Assembly: GCA_963700285.1 (NCBI GenBank)
Contig: CAVOXA010000001.1
Coordinates: forward strand, 704,001-768,000
Length of the DNA: 64,000 nt
From: an uncultured Chloroflexia bacterium
Lineage (GTDB): Bacteria; Chloroflexota; Anaerolineae; JAAYZQ01
Direction: 5' to 3'
The notes beneath the pieces are model-generated. The model made no database searches. It worked only from the letters and a program-made list of their open reading frames with translations, and was not told where the DNA came from. The first letter of the stretch is position 1. Each line of letters opens with the position of its first letter. This document shows, one piece after another, positions 35,493-44,410 of this stretch. The translations under genes and the position numbers were made by a program.

Positions 35493-36152
35493 TTGGCACA
35501 GTTGCTACCAATCCCCTTTCTTATTGTGACGGTTTGCCTCCTCGTGAGGGCCAGGTTGCGGTCAAACGAGGGGCAGATCTATTTCTTCAAGCCTCTTTCC
35601 ACATTGCTGGTCATCCTGGTGGCGCTGCTCTCCTTCACGACCCCGGGGGTTCAGCCGGCCTATACAGCCTGGATCATGCTAGGGCTGGTGCTGTCGCTAG
35701 GGGGAGACGTGGCTCTGATGTTCCGGTCCGGCCGGGCATTCCTCGTCGGGCTGGTATTTTTCTTGCTGGCCCACGTTCTCTATGCTGTAGCCTTTACATT
35801 ACCAAACGGTTTTCATCCCCAAGATCTCGCCGTGGCACTGGTGCTGTTGGCTGTGGGCGTGGCCGTGTACCTCTACCTCAAGCCTGGCCTGGGATCAATG
35901 CAGGGCCCGGTCATCCTGTACATCCTGATCATTTGTTTTATGGTAAATCGAGCGGCATCCACCTTTTTTGGTGACGCGTTTACTACTACCCAGGCATGGC
36001 TGATAGCCCTGGGTGCCATCCTTTTCTGGCTCTCGGACCTGATTTTGGCCATCAACCGCTTTCGCTGCCCGCTCAAGCTGGAGGCACAGGGTCTTTACCT
36101 TTACTATGGCGGGCAACTGCTCATTGCACTCAGCCCCTCCTATTTCCAATAG
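35493..36152 (+). CDS. YhhN/lysoplasmalogenase family membrane protein
   Basis: KPLST, SLGGDVAL, FFLLAH, LFWLSD and YYGGQLLIA motifs. Confidence 0.88.
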   Translation: MAQLLPIPFLIVTVCLLVRARLRSNEGQIYFFKPLSTLLVILVALLSFTTPGVQPAYTAWIMLGLVLSLGGDVALMFRSGRAFLVGLVFFLLAHVLYAVAFTLPNGFHPQDLAVALVLLAVGVAVYLYLKPGLGSMQGPVILYILIICFMVNRAASTFFGDAFTTTQAWLIALGAILFWLSDLILAINRFRCPLKLEAQGLYLYYGGQLLIALSPSYFQ

Positions 36153-36259
36153 TCACACGGCCGGGACTGTCAGTCCAATCCCAGCCGTCAAACCCGCAAA
36201 AAACCCGCAAAAACCCGCAACTAATCGCGCAAATCGCCTGAAACACTAGAACATGTGTT

Positions 36260-37261
36260 CTAATCCCGAAGGATGTAGTGGCGGCCGCGACCGCTGCTCA
36301 AAGGCAGGACCAGTCCAGCGTCCACTAGCCCTTGCAGGTCGTAGAGCGCGGTCCTCTCCGAGACGCCAAACTCCGTCTGATACTGGCGGTTGGTGATGCG
36401 TCCGTGGCTATGCAGGTACTGCATGGCCCGTGCTTGGCGTTCGCTCAAGCCCATGCGGTACAGATCGGCCAAGGGTAGTGTTGCGGTACCTGCTTTGAGG
36501 GTCACCCAGAAGGATGTGCCCCTGTCTTCAAAGGTAGGGGGTGGCAGGTTGGCGCCGCTCATGGCGTGGATCATGCGATCCACGCCCAGGCCACGCTGTT
36601 CGACGTAGCCATGGTGCTCCAGCAGGCGCATGATGTGGGGATTGCGCGTGTATTGCTCGTAGACCATGTTTTCCACCGTCAGGTTGCCACCCAGGCCGCC
36701 AGGGCTTTGGACCTCCAGCCGATCAGTGAAGAGGCGTACCTGGATAAAGCGGCCCTCCAGCCCATAGTCACGATGGCCTATGGCGTTGACGATGGCCTCG
36801 CGGTAGGCAAGTTCTGGGTAGTCGGCCACATCCTGGCGGACAAATCCATTCATCCTGGCTTGCTTGCTCAGCTTGTCAAAGATCGTAGATCTCGCCGCGT
36901 CGATCATAGCCGGCAGGGCGCCGCGAAACTCGCGGTTGTCCAGGTACAATGGACCATTGGGATCTACTCCGGCTGCAGAGGGGCCGGCAAAGTGCAGGAA
37001 GGTGATGGTGAAGGAGGGATAGAAACGGCCGGGATCCCGGCCAAAGAAGAGCATGCCTGTCAGGGTAGGCCGGAATTGCCTCTGGTCCTCGATGGCACAG
37101 CCGACCTGAACCAGCATCTGGTCCAGGGGCAGGCGGAGCAGGGTTGAGCCTGGCCGGCGCCGGTTCAGTTCCCCGCGATAGGCCTCGAGCAGGGAGGGGT
37201 CCAGGTCGTCCAGGGTGGCGTCCCGGCAGGGACGGAGATCCGTGAAGCGGCTAATCATCAC
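36260..37261 (-). CDS. HATPase_c_4 ('RecG C-terminal') plus winged-HTH protein, lacking the usual N-terminal AlbA_2/Schlafen domain
   Basis: ATLDDLD, YPELAYREAIVNAIGHRDY, DRLEVQSPGGL, RNP, EQRGLG and GRITNRQY..VSERTALYDL motifs. Confidence 0.85.
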   Translation of the reverse strand: MMISRFTDLRPCRDATLDDLDPSLLEAYRGELNRRRPGSTLLRLPLDQMLVQVGCAIEDQRQFRPTLTGMLFFGRDPGRFYPSFTITFLHFAGPSAAGVDPNGPLYLDNREFRGALPAMIDAARSTIFDKLSKQARMNGFVRQDVADYPELAYREAIVNAIGHRDYGLEGRFIQVRLFTDRLEVQSPGGLGGNLTVENMVYEQYTRNPHIMRLLEHHGYVEQRGLGVDRMIHAMSGANLPPPTFEDRGTSFWVTLKAGTATLPLADLYRMGLSERQARAMQYLHSHGRITNRQYQTEFGVSERTALYDLQGLVDAGLVLPLSSGRGRHYILRD

Positions 37262-37476
37262 TTCCGTCTTTCCTGGTGCAGTCGCTCCTGATGGGCTATG
37301 CGCCGAAGGCCAGAATACTTCATTCTCGGATTATAGCACAAGTTGCTCACCGGGAGAAATGACAATCTCACCCCCTCATGGATACCGCGGTGGGTAGGAG
37401 TTTCTCTTCTGCTGGGCGAAAGGTACTGTCCGAGCCATACTGGGCGATCGAGGGGGCCTTGCCGAGAAAAAAAGAC

Positions 37477-37505
37477 TTGACAGAGCCGCAAAATGGTGCT
37501 ATACT
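37477..37505 (+). promoter_or_regulatory. Near-consensus sigma70 promoter of the catabolic operon
   Basis: TTGACA-N17-TATACT with an extended TG and an A-tract upstream. Confidence 0.8.
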
Positions 37506-37508
37506 TGG

Positions 37509-37529
37509 TCAGCTGGTCATACCAGCTGA
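37509..37529. promoter_or_regulatory. FadR-subfamily GntR operator
   Basis: Perfect 9-3-9 palindrome TCAGCTGGT-CAT-ACCAGCTGA over the predicted +1; matches the TGGT-N3-ACCA FadR-type core. Confidence 0.8.
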
Positions 37530-37799
37530 TAGCTAGGTGGGCGGACATGGCTGCCCGTTCGTGGCCATCGTGTCGCACATGCAACTTCACTACTTTTGGA
37601 ATGAACGCTGAGGTAGCGCTGATTCAAACAGATCACCAAGGACTGGCTTGAACATGGTACTCCCAATGGAGCACGGCGCTCTTTGCGCCACCAGTACCCT
37701 CGGCGCCGCCAGCGCGCTGGCGCTGTCCAAGCAGGTCCGTTTCAATCATCGCCCGGCAGCGACTCGCGGGAGCTAGTTGGTAGAACAGGAAACGATCCA

Positions 37800-38597
37800 A
37801 TGACGAGCGAACTCCGGCTGATCCCGCCTCAAAAAGTAACCCTCGTTGAGTCAATTATTGAACAGATCGTGACGCAGATCCGCGACGGAAACCTGGAGCC
37901 CAATGACCGGCTGCCTTCTGAACGCCAGCTCATCGATATGCTGGGCGTGGGCCGTTCTTCGGTGCGAGAGGCCCTGCAAGGGTTATCGGCAATGGGCCTG
38001 GTAGAGATACGGCCCGGTGAAGGGACTTTCGTGAAGGGACTCAACCCTGGTGAGGATCTGCTCAGCCGGGACATCCGAACCCTCTCGATGGGCTTGCAGA
38101 AAGAGATGCGCAAGTACCTGAATCAGGCCCGGCTGGCTCTGGAAACTGGGATCTTGACGGTCGCCGCTGAGGTGACCACCGAGAAGAGTGGGGCGTGCAT
38201 CCGGCAGGCGCTTGCCGACTATGAACGTGGTCTCGAGGCTGATCCGGCGAATCTGGATTGGGCCGTGCACGATAGGCTTCATCTGTCCATGGCCGAGGCG
38301 ACGGGCAATGGTTTTCTCGTGGATATGCTGCAGAGGCTCATAGAACTCGTTCCCTACTCGTTGCGGGACATGAACGCTCCTTACGCCGACCCGCAGGAGA
38401 TATGGGAGTTCCATGAGACCTGGCGGATCATCCATGGGAGGCTATGCGACGCCGTGCTGAGGGGGGATGCCCAATCTGCCTGCAAGTGGATGAGGCGGCA
38501 TTCCAAGTACGAGAGCATCAACATCGAGCGTGATTATGGGCACCTGTCCGCCCGCGCCCAGCAAGAGTACCAAGAGAGCATCAGGAGGATGGCCTAG
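37800..38597 (+). CDS. GntR family (FadR subfamily) transcriptional regulator
   Basis: RLPSERQL..MLGVGRSSVREAL..GEGTFV; FCD-like HDRLH...ATGN. Confidence 0.92.
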   Translation: MTSELRLIPPQKVTLVESIIEQIVTQIRDGNLEPNDRLPSERQLIDMLGVGRSSVREALQGLSAMGLVEIRPGEGTFVKGLNPGEDLLSRDIRTLSMGLQKEMRKYLNQARLALETGILTVAAEVTTEKSGACIRQALADYERGLEADPANLDWAVHDRLHLSMAEATGNGFLVDMLQRLIELVPYSLRDMNAPYADPQEIWEFHETWRIIHGRLCDAVLRGDAQSACKWMRRHSKYESINIERDYGHLSARAQQEYQESIRRMA

Positions 38598-38598
38598 C

Positions 38599-39708
38599 AT
38601 GAAAAAGCACGAGATCCCTACGCCAGCCTTGGTTGTAGACATTGACAAGCTGAGGCACAACATCGAAGACATGGCCCAACGGGCACGGAAGGCTGGTATG
38701 GCGCTGCGCCCCCATGTCAAGACCCACAAGACTCCTGCCATAACCCACATGCAGATCAAAGCGGGAGCGGACGGCATCGTCTGCGCCAAACTGGGCGAGG
38801 CAGAGGTCATGGCCGCGGCGGGCGTCGACGATATCCTGGTGTGTTATCCTATCGTTGGTCCTGACAAGATCGAGCGCTTGCTCAACCTGGCACGATGGGT
38901 GGACAGAGTCTCCACGACAGTCGATACGCGGACCGCTGCCCAGGCCCTGAGCGACGCGGCTGTGGCAAGGGGCCAGCGCCTGGATGTGTTGGTCGAAGTT
39001 GACGTGGGCTACAAGCGTACGGGCATCGCGCCGGGACAATCACTCCTGGAGTTGATCCGGGGTATCGTAGAATCGATGCCCGGCTTGCGCTACAAGGGGT
39101 TGATGTATATTGCCGGCGGCCTAATCAAGCACATGGAACCGGAAAAGCAGTTGGCCGAGGAGCAAGCTGCCATCGACATCGTTCTGGATGCTGCCAGCCT
39201 GTTGCGAGCCCACGGTATTGAGACGGAGGTAGTCAGCGGCGGTACGACGCCAGGCGCCCGGTACATGGCGGATCTCGATGGGGTCACGGAATACCGCGTC
39301 GGCTGCTACGTCTTTGGCGACATGAAATATGCCGACTTGGGTGCCCTTGCCCGGGAGCAGTTGGCTCTGACCATCTTGACTACCGTCGTCTCTGTCCCGT
39401 CGGTTCCGGCGCCGGGCCACTTTGTCGTGGATGCCGGGTCCAAGACGCTGACGCACAGCGGGGCCATGACCTCGCCAGGGTATGGAACCTTTGTGCAGCA
39501 TCCAGAGTGGGCGGTGAATGTACCGAGTGAGGAGCACGGTGGCGTGTACCTGCCGCTGGGTGCCAAGCCACCGGCCATCGGCACCAAACTGGACATCTAT
39601 CCCAACTATGTGTCCGACGTGGTGAACCTAGCTGACGAGCTGTGGGTGGTGCAGGGTGATGAGGTCATTGCGGTGTGGGATATCCTGGCTCGGGGCAAGA
39701 GGGTGTAG
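38599..39708 (+). CDS. Fold-type III PLP enzyme, D-threonine aldolase / D-serine dehydratase (DSD1) family
   Basis: IPTPALVVD, LRPHVKTHK (PLP Lys), SGGTTP, DAGSKTL and SEEHG motifs. Confidence 0.88.
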   Translation: MKKHEIPTPALVVDIDKLRHNIEDMAQRARKAGMALRPHVKTHKTPAITHMQIKAGADGIVCAKLGEAEVMAAAGVDDILVCYPIVGPDKIERLLNLARWVDRVSTTVDTRTAAQALSDAAVARGQRLDVLVEVDVGYKRTGIAPGQSLLELIRGIVESMPGLRYKGLMYIAGGLIKHMEPEKQLAEEQAAIDIVLDAASLLRAHGIETEVVSGGTTPGARYMADLDGVTEYRVGCYVFGDMKYADLGALAREQLALTILTTVVSVPSVPAPGHFVVDAGSKTLTHSGAMTSPGYGTFVQHPEWAVNVPSEEHGGVYLPLGAKPPAIGTKLDIYPNYVSDVVNLADELWVVQGDEVIAVWDILARGKRV

Positions 39709-39716
39709 GGGGCACA

Positions 39717-40769
39717 ATGAGTCTTGGAGAGAATATGATCGATCTGCGAAGTGATACGGTTACCAAGCCTACGAAAGCGATGCGACGGGCAATGTACGAC
39801 GCCGAGGTAGCCGACGATACCTACGACGGCGATCCGACAGTAAACCGGCTGCAGGAGCTGGCGGCTGAGAAGACGGGAAAGGAATCAGCACTGTTCGTCG
39901 TATCGGGCACGATGGGCAACCTCCTAGGCGTACTGATCAACACCCGGCCCGGTCAGGAGGTGATCCTGGGCGACGAATCGCACCAATTCCTGTGGGAGGT
40001 GGGCGGCATCGCCCGAGTGGCCAACTGTGTGACGCACACGGTGCCCTTTCACAGGGGCTATCTCGACCCGACAGAGGTGGAAGCGGCGATCCGGCCCGCT
40101 GCCAGAGAGGCAACGACCACCGGCATGATCTGCCTCGAGAACACTAGCAACATTGGCGGCGGTCTGGTGATCCCGCCCGAGCACATGGCCGGGATCTCGG
40201 ACGTGGCCAAGAGGCACGGGCTGCCCATTCACATGGATGGCGCCCGCTTTTTTAATGCGATCGCCGCCTCGGGCCGCCCGGCCTCGGATTTTACCCGGAA
40301 CGTGGACACGCTGGCCTTCTGCCTGTCCAAGGGATTGGGGGCGCCTTTTGGCGGGCTGTTGTGTGGCAGCGCCGATCTTGTCGAGCGGGCGATTCCATTT
40401 CGACAGATGCTTGGTGGCGGCATGCGCCAGGCGGGCGTAATGGCCGCAGCGGGCATTGTGGCCCTGGAGACAGGCATTGATAGGCTGGCGGAGGATCACG
40501 CCAATGCCAAGAAGCTGGCTCTGGGCCTGGCAGAGCTCTTTCCCGGATGCTGTGATCCGGATAATGTGGAAACCAATCTATTCCACATCGACGTTGCCAT
40601 GCTCGGCATGGGGGGGCAGGAACTGGCGGATCATTTGGCAACCGAGGGCGTTCTGGTGTTCGCCGGGGAGCCGCGCATGCGATTTGCTACGCATGCCATG
40701 GTTAGCTCGGAGGACATCGACCAAGTCCTGGAGGTCTTTGCCCAGTTGCCAACGCGATCTGCCACATGA
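39717..40769 (+). CDS. ltaE: Low-specificity L-threonine aldolase family (divergent)
   Basis: IDLRSDTVT, SGTMGN, HMDGARFFN, CLSKGLGAP and GGGMRQAG motifs. Confidence 0.85.
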   Translation: MSLGENMIDLRSDTVTKPTKAMRRAMYDAEVADDTYDGDPTVNRLQELAAEKTGKESALFVVSGTMGNLLGVLINTRPGQEVILGDESHQFLWEVGGIARVANCVTHTVPFHRGYLDPTEVEAAIRPAAREATTTGMICLENTSNIGGGLVIPPEHMAGISDVAKRHGLPIHMDGARFFNAIAASGRPASDFTRNVDTLAFCLSKGLGAPFGGLLCGSADLVERAIPFRQMLGGGMRQAGVMAAAGIVALETGIDRLAEDHANAKKLALGLAELFPGCCDPDNVETNLFHIDVAMLGMGGQELADHLATEGVLVFAGEPRMRFATHAMVSSEDIDQVLEVFAQLPTRSAT

Positions 40770-41027
40770 GCATTGTCCCTCGCGCGCTGGCTGCGTCGTG
40801 GGTCCGGACGGCCCGTGCTACAGCGCGCCAGGGAAGCCGGTGAGGGGGCAATCGGGCTCAAGCAGTAGCCACAAGGAGGCGTCTGCCAACTGATCCAGGA
40901 TTGGGACTGGCGATCCCGGTGGGCGGGAGGTCTGTGAGGCCCATGTCGTAGCTGCAAGAGAGCTGGCCTGCGGACTGTCGCACGGTGTTGTGTTTCGTCA
41001 GAAAGGATCCATAAGGAGGAAGGAACA

Positions 41028-42509
41028 ATGAAAGCATTGAGAATTCTGTTTCCAGTCCTGGTCGTAGCCTCCCTGCTGGTGGGCTGCGCAGCGACGCCCG
41101 AGGTCGTGGAAAAAACCGTCGTCCAGACCGTTGTGGTCTCGGAGGAGAAGGTCGTCGAGAAGCCGGTGGTCCAGACGGTCGTCGTCTCGGAAGAGAAAGT
41201 CGTGGAAAAAGAGGTGGTGGTCACCCAGGTGGTCGAGGTGGAGAAGGTGGTCGAGGTTACCTCAACCCCGGCGCCCAAGATGATCGAAGGTGGCCCGCTG
41301 GAGGTGGGTGTGCTCTGGGAGGCGCCAGCGCCATGGGGCCTGTTGGCAGAGGAAGTTGGTACCTCACTCGAAGAGGATTTCCCCGGAACCAAAATGTCCT
41401 ATACCTTTAACAACACGCCTGCCCGCCCGGCCATCGAGCTCCGCTGGCTGAGGGGCGATCCCCTCGATGTTGACTTTATCTTTGAGGGGACGGATCCCGG
41501 TTCCTGGACGTGGGTGGAGGAGGGCTACCTCCTGGACCTGACGCCCTACATGGAGGACGAGGTCCAACCCGGCGTCAAGTGGAAAGATCTTCTCCTGCCG
41601 ATCACCTACAGTTCGGCCAAATACAAGGGCGACTTTTATGCCGCGCCGGAGCAGATCTTTATCTGGTTGCTGCACTACAACAAGAAGCAGTTCGACGAGT
41701 GGGGCCTAGAGCCGCCCCAGACCTGGGACGACATGCTGGCCCTGTGTGAGGATATCAAAGCCCAGGGTGTGGCGCCCATTGCCCTTTCGGGACCGATCAA
41801 CTTTTACGTGGGCATGTGGTACGATTCCCTGGTCCAGCGTATCGTGGGTGCCGACAAGGTCATGCAGGTGCTGTACGGCGAGGGCAAGGTAGCCGATGAC
41901 CCCGGCTTCCTCGAGGCAGCGCAAGAGTTCGAAAAGCTGTTCAAGAGCGGGTGTGTCATCGATGGCTTTGAGGGCATCGGCTTTACCGAAGTGCAGGTCG
42001 AGTTCTTCCAAGACAAGGCGGCCATGATCCTGATGGGGAGCTGGCTCGTCACCGAGATGAAGGACTCGATCCCGCCGGACTTTGAGCTAGGCATCTCCAC
42101 CTTCCCGTCCGTGGAAGGGGGGGCGGGGCAGCAGGACGCCATGTTCGGCCGGACGCTGAGCTGGTCCATTGCTGCGGGGACCGACAATCCGGACCTGGCT
42201 GTCGAGTACCTGAAACGCTTCACCACCGACCCGGCGGTCATCGAGAAACGGGCCATGGAGCTGGGGCAGTTGGTCCCGTTGAAGGGGGCACCGGCACCTC
42301 CTGGTATCCCGGGAGCTGACGCAGTGCTGGAGCAGGCGGCGAATGTACGGTTTATCCTCTACAACTATGGCGCGACCTCTGATACAGGGCTTTCTTCTGC
42401 CTGGTACGACCCCCAGGTGGAACTGGCCTTTGGCAAGATCACGCCTGAGGAAATGATCGCCAAGATCGACAAGAACCTGGAGGAGTATCGCGCCCTCAAG
42501 GGCGAATAG
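41028..42509 (+). CDS. Carbohydrate-type ABC transporter substrate-binding lipoprotein
   Basis: Lipobox LLVGC; YNKKQF..WGLEPPQTWDDM and F.QDKAAMILMGSW; AGGAGG Shine-Dalgarno. Confidence 0.9.
   Translation: MKALRILFPVLVVASLLVGCAATPEVVEKTVVQTVVVSEEKVVEKPVVQTVVVSEEKVVEKEVVVTQVVEVEKVVEVTSTPAPKMIEGGPLEVGVLWEAPAPWGLLAEEVGTSLEEDFPGTKMSYTFNNTPARPAIELRWLRGDPLDVDFIFEGTDPGSWTWVEEGYLLDLTPYMEDEVQPGVKWKDLLLPITYSSAKYKGDFYAAPEQIFIWLLHYNKKQFDEWGLEPPQTWDDMLALCEDIKAQGVAPIALSGPINFYVGMWYDSLVQRIVGADKVMQVLYGEGKVADDPGFLEAAQEFEKLFKSGCVIDGFEGIGFTEVQVEFFQDKAAMILMGSWLVTEMKDSIPPDFELGISTFPSVEGGAGQQDAMFGRTLSWSIAAGTDNPDLAVEYLKRFTTDPAVIEKRAMELGQLVPLKGAPAPPGIPGADAVLEQAANVRFILYNYGATSDTGLSSAWYDPQVELAFGKITPEEMIAKIDKNLEEYRALKGE
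41103..41262 (+). repeat. 48-bp tandem coding repeat (VVEKxVVQTVVVSEEK) in the SBP linker
   Basis: Two full and one partial copies visible in both protein and DNA. Confidence 0.8.
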
Positions 42510-42540
42510 TCGTTCAGCGATAGGGTCACTCGATGATTTA

Positions 42541-42568
42541 GGGGGCGGGGAGTTTGCCTCCTCGCCCC
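42541..42568 (+). other. Stem-loop after the SBP gene (mRNA stabiliser or attenuator)
   Basis: GGGGCGGGGAG...CTCCTCGCCCC with no T tract; typical position in ABC operons. Confidence 0.55.
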
Positions 42569-42633
42569 TGTCCATAAACCACATTGGGTGCAACGCCGTC
42601 GAAAGACGCGTCGCATCCACGGGAGGAGTCAGT

Positions 42634-43518
42634 ATGCTTCAGAAGGCGCGCCGCAAGCTGATTATCCCCTTTCTTCTGCCTGCGTTTCTCCTATACACGC
42701 TTCTGTACGCCTACCCGATTGTTCAGACCTTCCTGTGGTCCTTCACCGGCTGGAGCGGACATACAGTCAAACGCCCCTTCGCCGGCTTGCGGAATTATGC
42801 CTCGCTCCTGATCGATCGCCGTTTTCATGGCGCTCTTCAGAATACGCTGCTCTATGCCGTGGTTGGCGGGATCCTTCTCTTCGTTTTCGGGCTTATCCTG
42901 GCCTGGGGCCTCAGCCAGCCGATCCGCTTCCGTCGCATTTTCCGCTTCATCGTGCTAGCACCCATGGTTATCTCGGTAGCGGTGACCGGCGTAATGTGGC
43001 GAATGATCTTTGAGCCCAACCTTGGCGTGTTGAACAATGTCCTGCGGGCCATCAACCTGGACCAACTGGCCCTGCCCTGGATGGGCGACACCCGCACTGC
43101 GCTGCCGGCTATCATCATCGCCTCCGTTTGGTGGCAGATGGGCATGTGGGTCCTGCTGCTCCTGGCCGGGCTGGAGCGCATCCCCGCCGACCTGCAGGAC
43201 GCGGCCAAGGTGGACGGGGCCAACGAGCTGCAGGTATTCTGGCACGTGACCCTGCCCCTCCTGTGGGACGTCGTCCGGACTCTGATGGTGGTGTGGATCA
43301 TCCTCGCCCTCCAGGTGTTCGGTATCGTACTGGTTATGGCGCCCTGGGGAGGGGTGAGCGGCGCGACACAGGTGGCAGCGACTTATATCTACTACACCGC
43401 CTTTAACGACTTCAAGTGGGCCTATGCTTCGGCGGTGGCGACCGTGGTCTTGCTCATCATCTTTGGCCTGAGCATGGTCTCCATGCGGGCGATGCGCCGG
43501 GAAACGATCGAGTTTTGA
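42634..43518 (+). CDS. Sugar ABC transporter permease (MalF-like)
   Basis: FAGLRNY; EAA-like loop IPADLQDAAKVDGA; VTLPLL. Confidence 0.92.
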   Translation: MLQKARRKLIIPFLLPAFLLYTLLYAYPIVQTFLWSFTGWSGHTVKRPFAGLRNYASLLIDRRFHGALQNTLLYAVVGGILLFVFGLILAWGLSQPIRFRRIFRFIVLAPMVISVAVTGVMWRMIFEPNLGVLNNVLRAINLDQLALPWMGDTRTALPAIIIASVWWQMGMWVLLLLAGLERIPADLQDAAKVDGANELQVFWHVTLPLLWDVVRTLMVVWIILALQVFGIVLVMAPWGGVSGATQVAATYIYYTAFNDFKWAYASAVATVVLLIIFGLSMVSMRAMRRETIEF

Positions 43519-43532
43519 GGGAGCATTCACCT

Positions 43533-44405
43533 ATGTCTACATCGGAAAGAACTGTCAGGAAAGGCCGGCACAGAGGTCGAATCGATCCCACCCGCATTTT
43601 TATCTACCTGGTGCTCGGTATCTATAGCCTGACCACCGTGCTGGCCTTCGGTTGGGTTTTCCTGACTTCGTTAAAGACTACGCCCGAGTTTCTCAGCAAC
43701 AGCCCGTGGTCGCTGCCTGAGAAAATCAACCCGATTAACTATGTCAACGCCTGGCGCTATGCCAATTTCGGCCGCTACTTTGCCAATACACTGCTTGCTG
43801 CGACGGTGGGTGGTGGTGTGTCGGTTGCTATTTCGACTACTGCCGCCTATGCCCTGTCCCGCATCCGGTTTCCCTTCAGCCGGGTGGTTGGCGCTTACTT
43901 TCTGATCGGGTACATGGTTCCTCTCATGCTGTCCGTCATCCCCATCTACTTCATGCTGCCCAAGCTGGGTCTGGGAACTGGGCTGGCGCCCCTGATCCTG
44001 ATCTACATCGCTTCCGGTATTCCGTTCAACACTTTCGTCCTGGGCAGTTATCTGGCCTCTCTGCCGTATGAGATGGAGGAGGCGGCGGCCATTGATGGCG
44101 CATCCCCGTTCCGAACCTTTTGGCAGATTATGGTCCCGCTGGCCATGCCGGGCCTCGTGTCCGTGTTTTTTATCAATTTCCTGAGCCTGTGGAACGAGTT
44201 CTTCCTGGCGCTGCTGTTCCTGCGCGACGAGAACATGACACTGGCCGTTGGCCTATTCGGCCTGTTGCGCCGGGCCGAGTATTCGGGCACCTGGGTCGAG
44301 GTGTTCGCAGGGATGATCATCAGCGTCGCTCCGGTGTTGATCATCTTTGCCTTGCTGCAGCAGCGGATCACCAAGGGTTTGACCTTCGGCGCGATCAAGG
44401 GCTAG
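43533..44405 (+). CDS. Sugar ABC transporter permease (MalG-like)
   Basis: EMEEAAAIDGAS, WNEFF and C-terminal GLTFGAIKG. Confidence 0.92.
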   Translation: MSTSERTVRKGRHRGRIDPTRIFIYLVLGIYSLTTVLAFGWVFLTSLKTTPEFLSNSPWSLPEKINPINYVNAWRYANFGRYFANTLLAATVGGGVSVAISTTAAYALSRIRFPFSRVVGAYFLIGYMVPLMLSVIPIYFMLPKLGLGTGLAPLILIYIASGIPFNTFVLGSYLASLPYEMEEAAAIDGASPFRTFWQIMVPLAMPGLVSVFFINFLSLWNEFFLALLFLRDENMTLAVGLFGLLRRAEYSGTWVEVFAGMIISVAPVLIIFALLQQRITKGLTFGAIKG

Positions 44406-44410
44406 CGGGC

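Noticed and set aside
36188-36222. AAACCCGCAA x3 (and TGAGACAG repeats at about 25615-25637, CGCAAAG at about 19620-19643) as regulatory sites
   Set aside because: They lie downstream of gene 3' ends with no promoter context; treated as simple or decayed repeats.
40828-40875. Cobalamin riboswitch (AGGGAAGCCGGTG)
   Set aside because: Lacks the following AAxTCC and GCxACTG elements and the B12 box.
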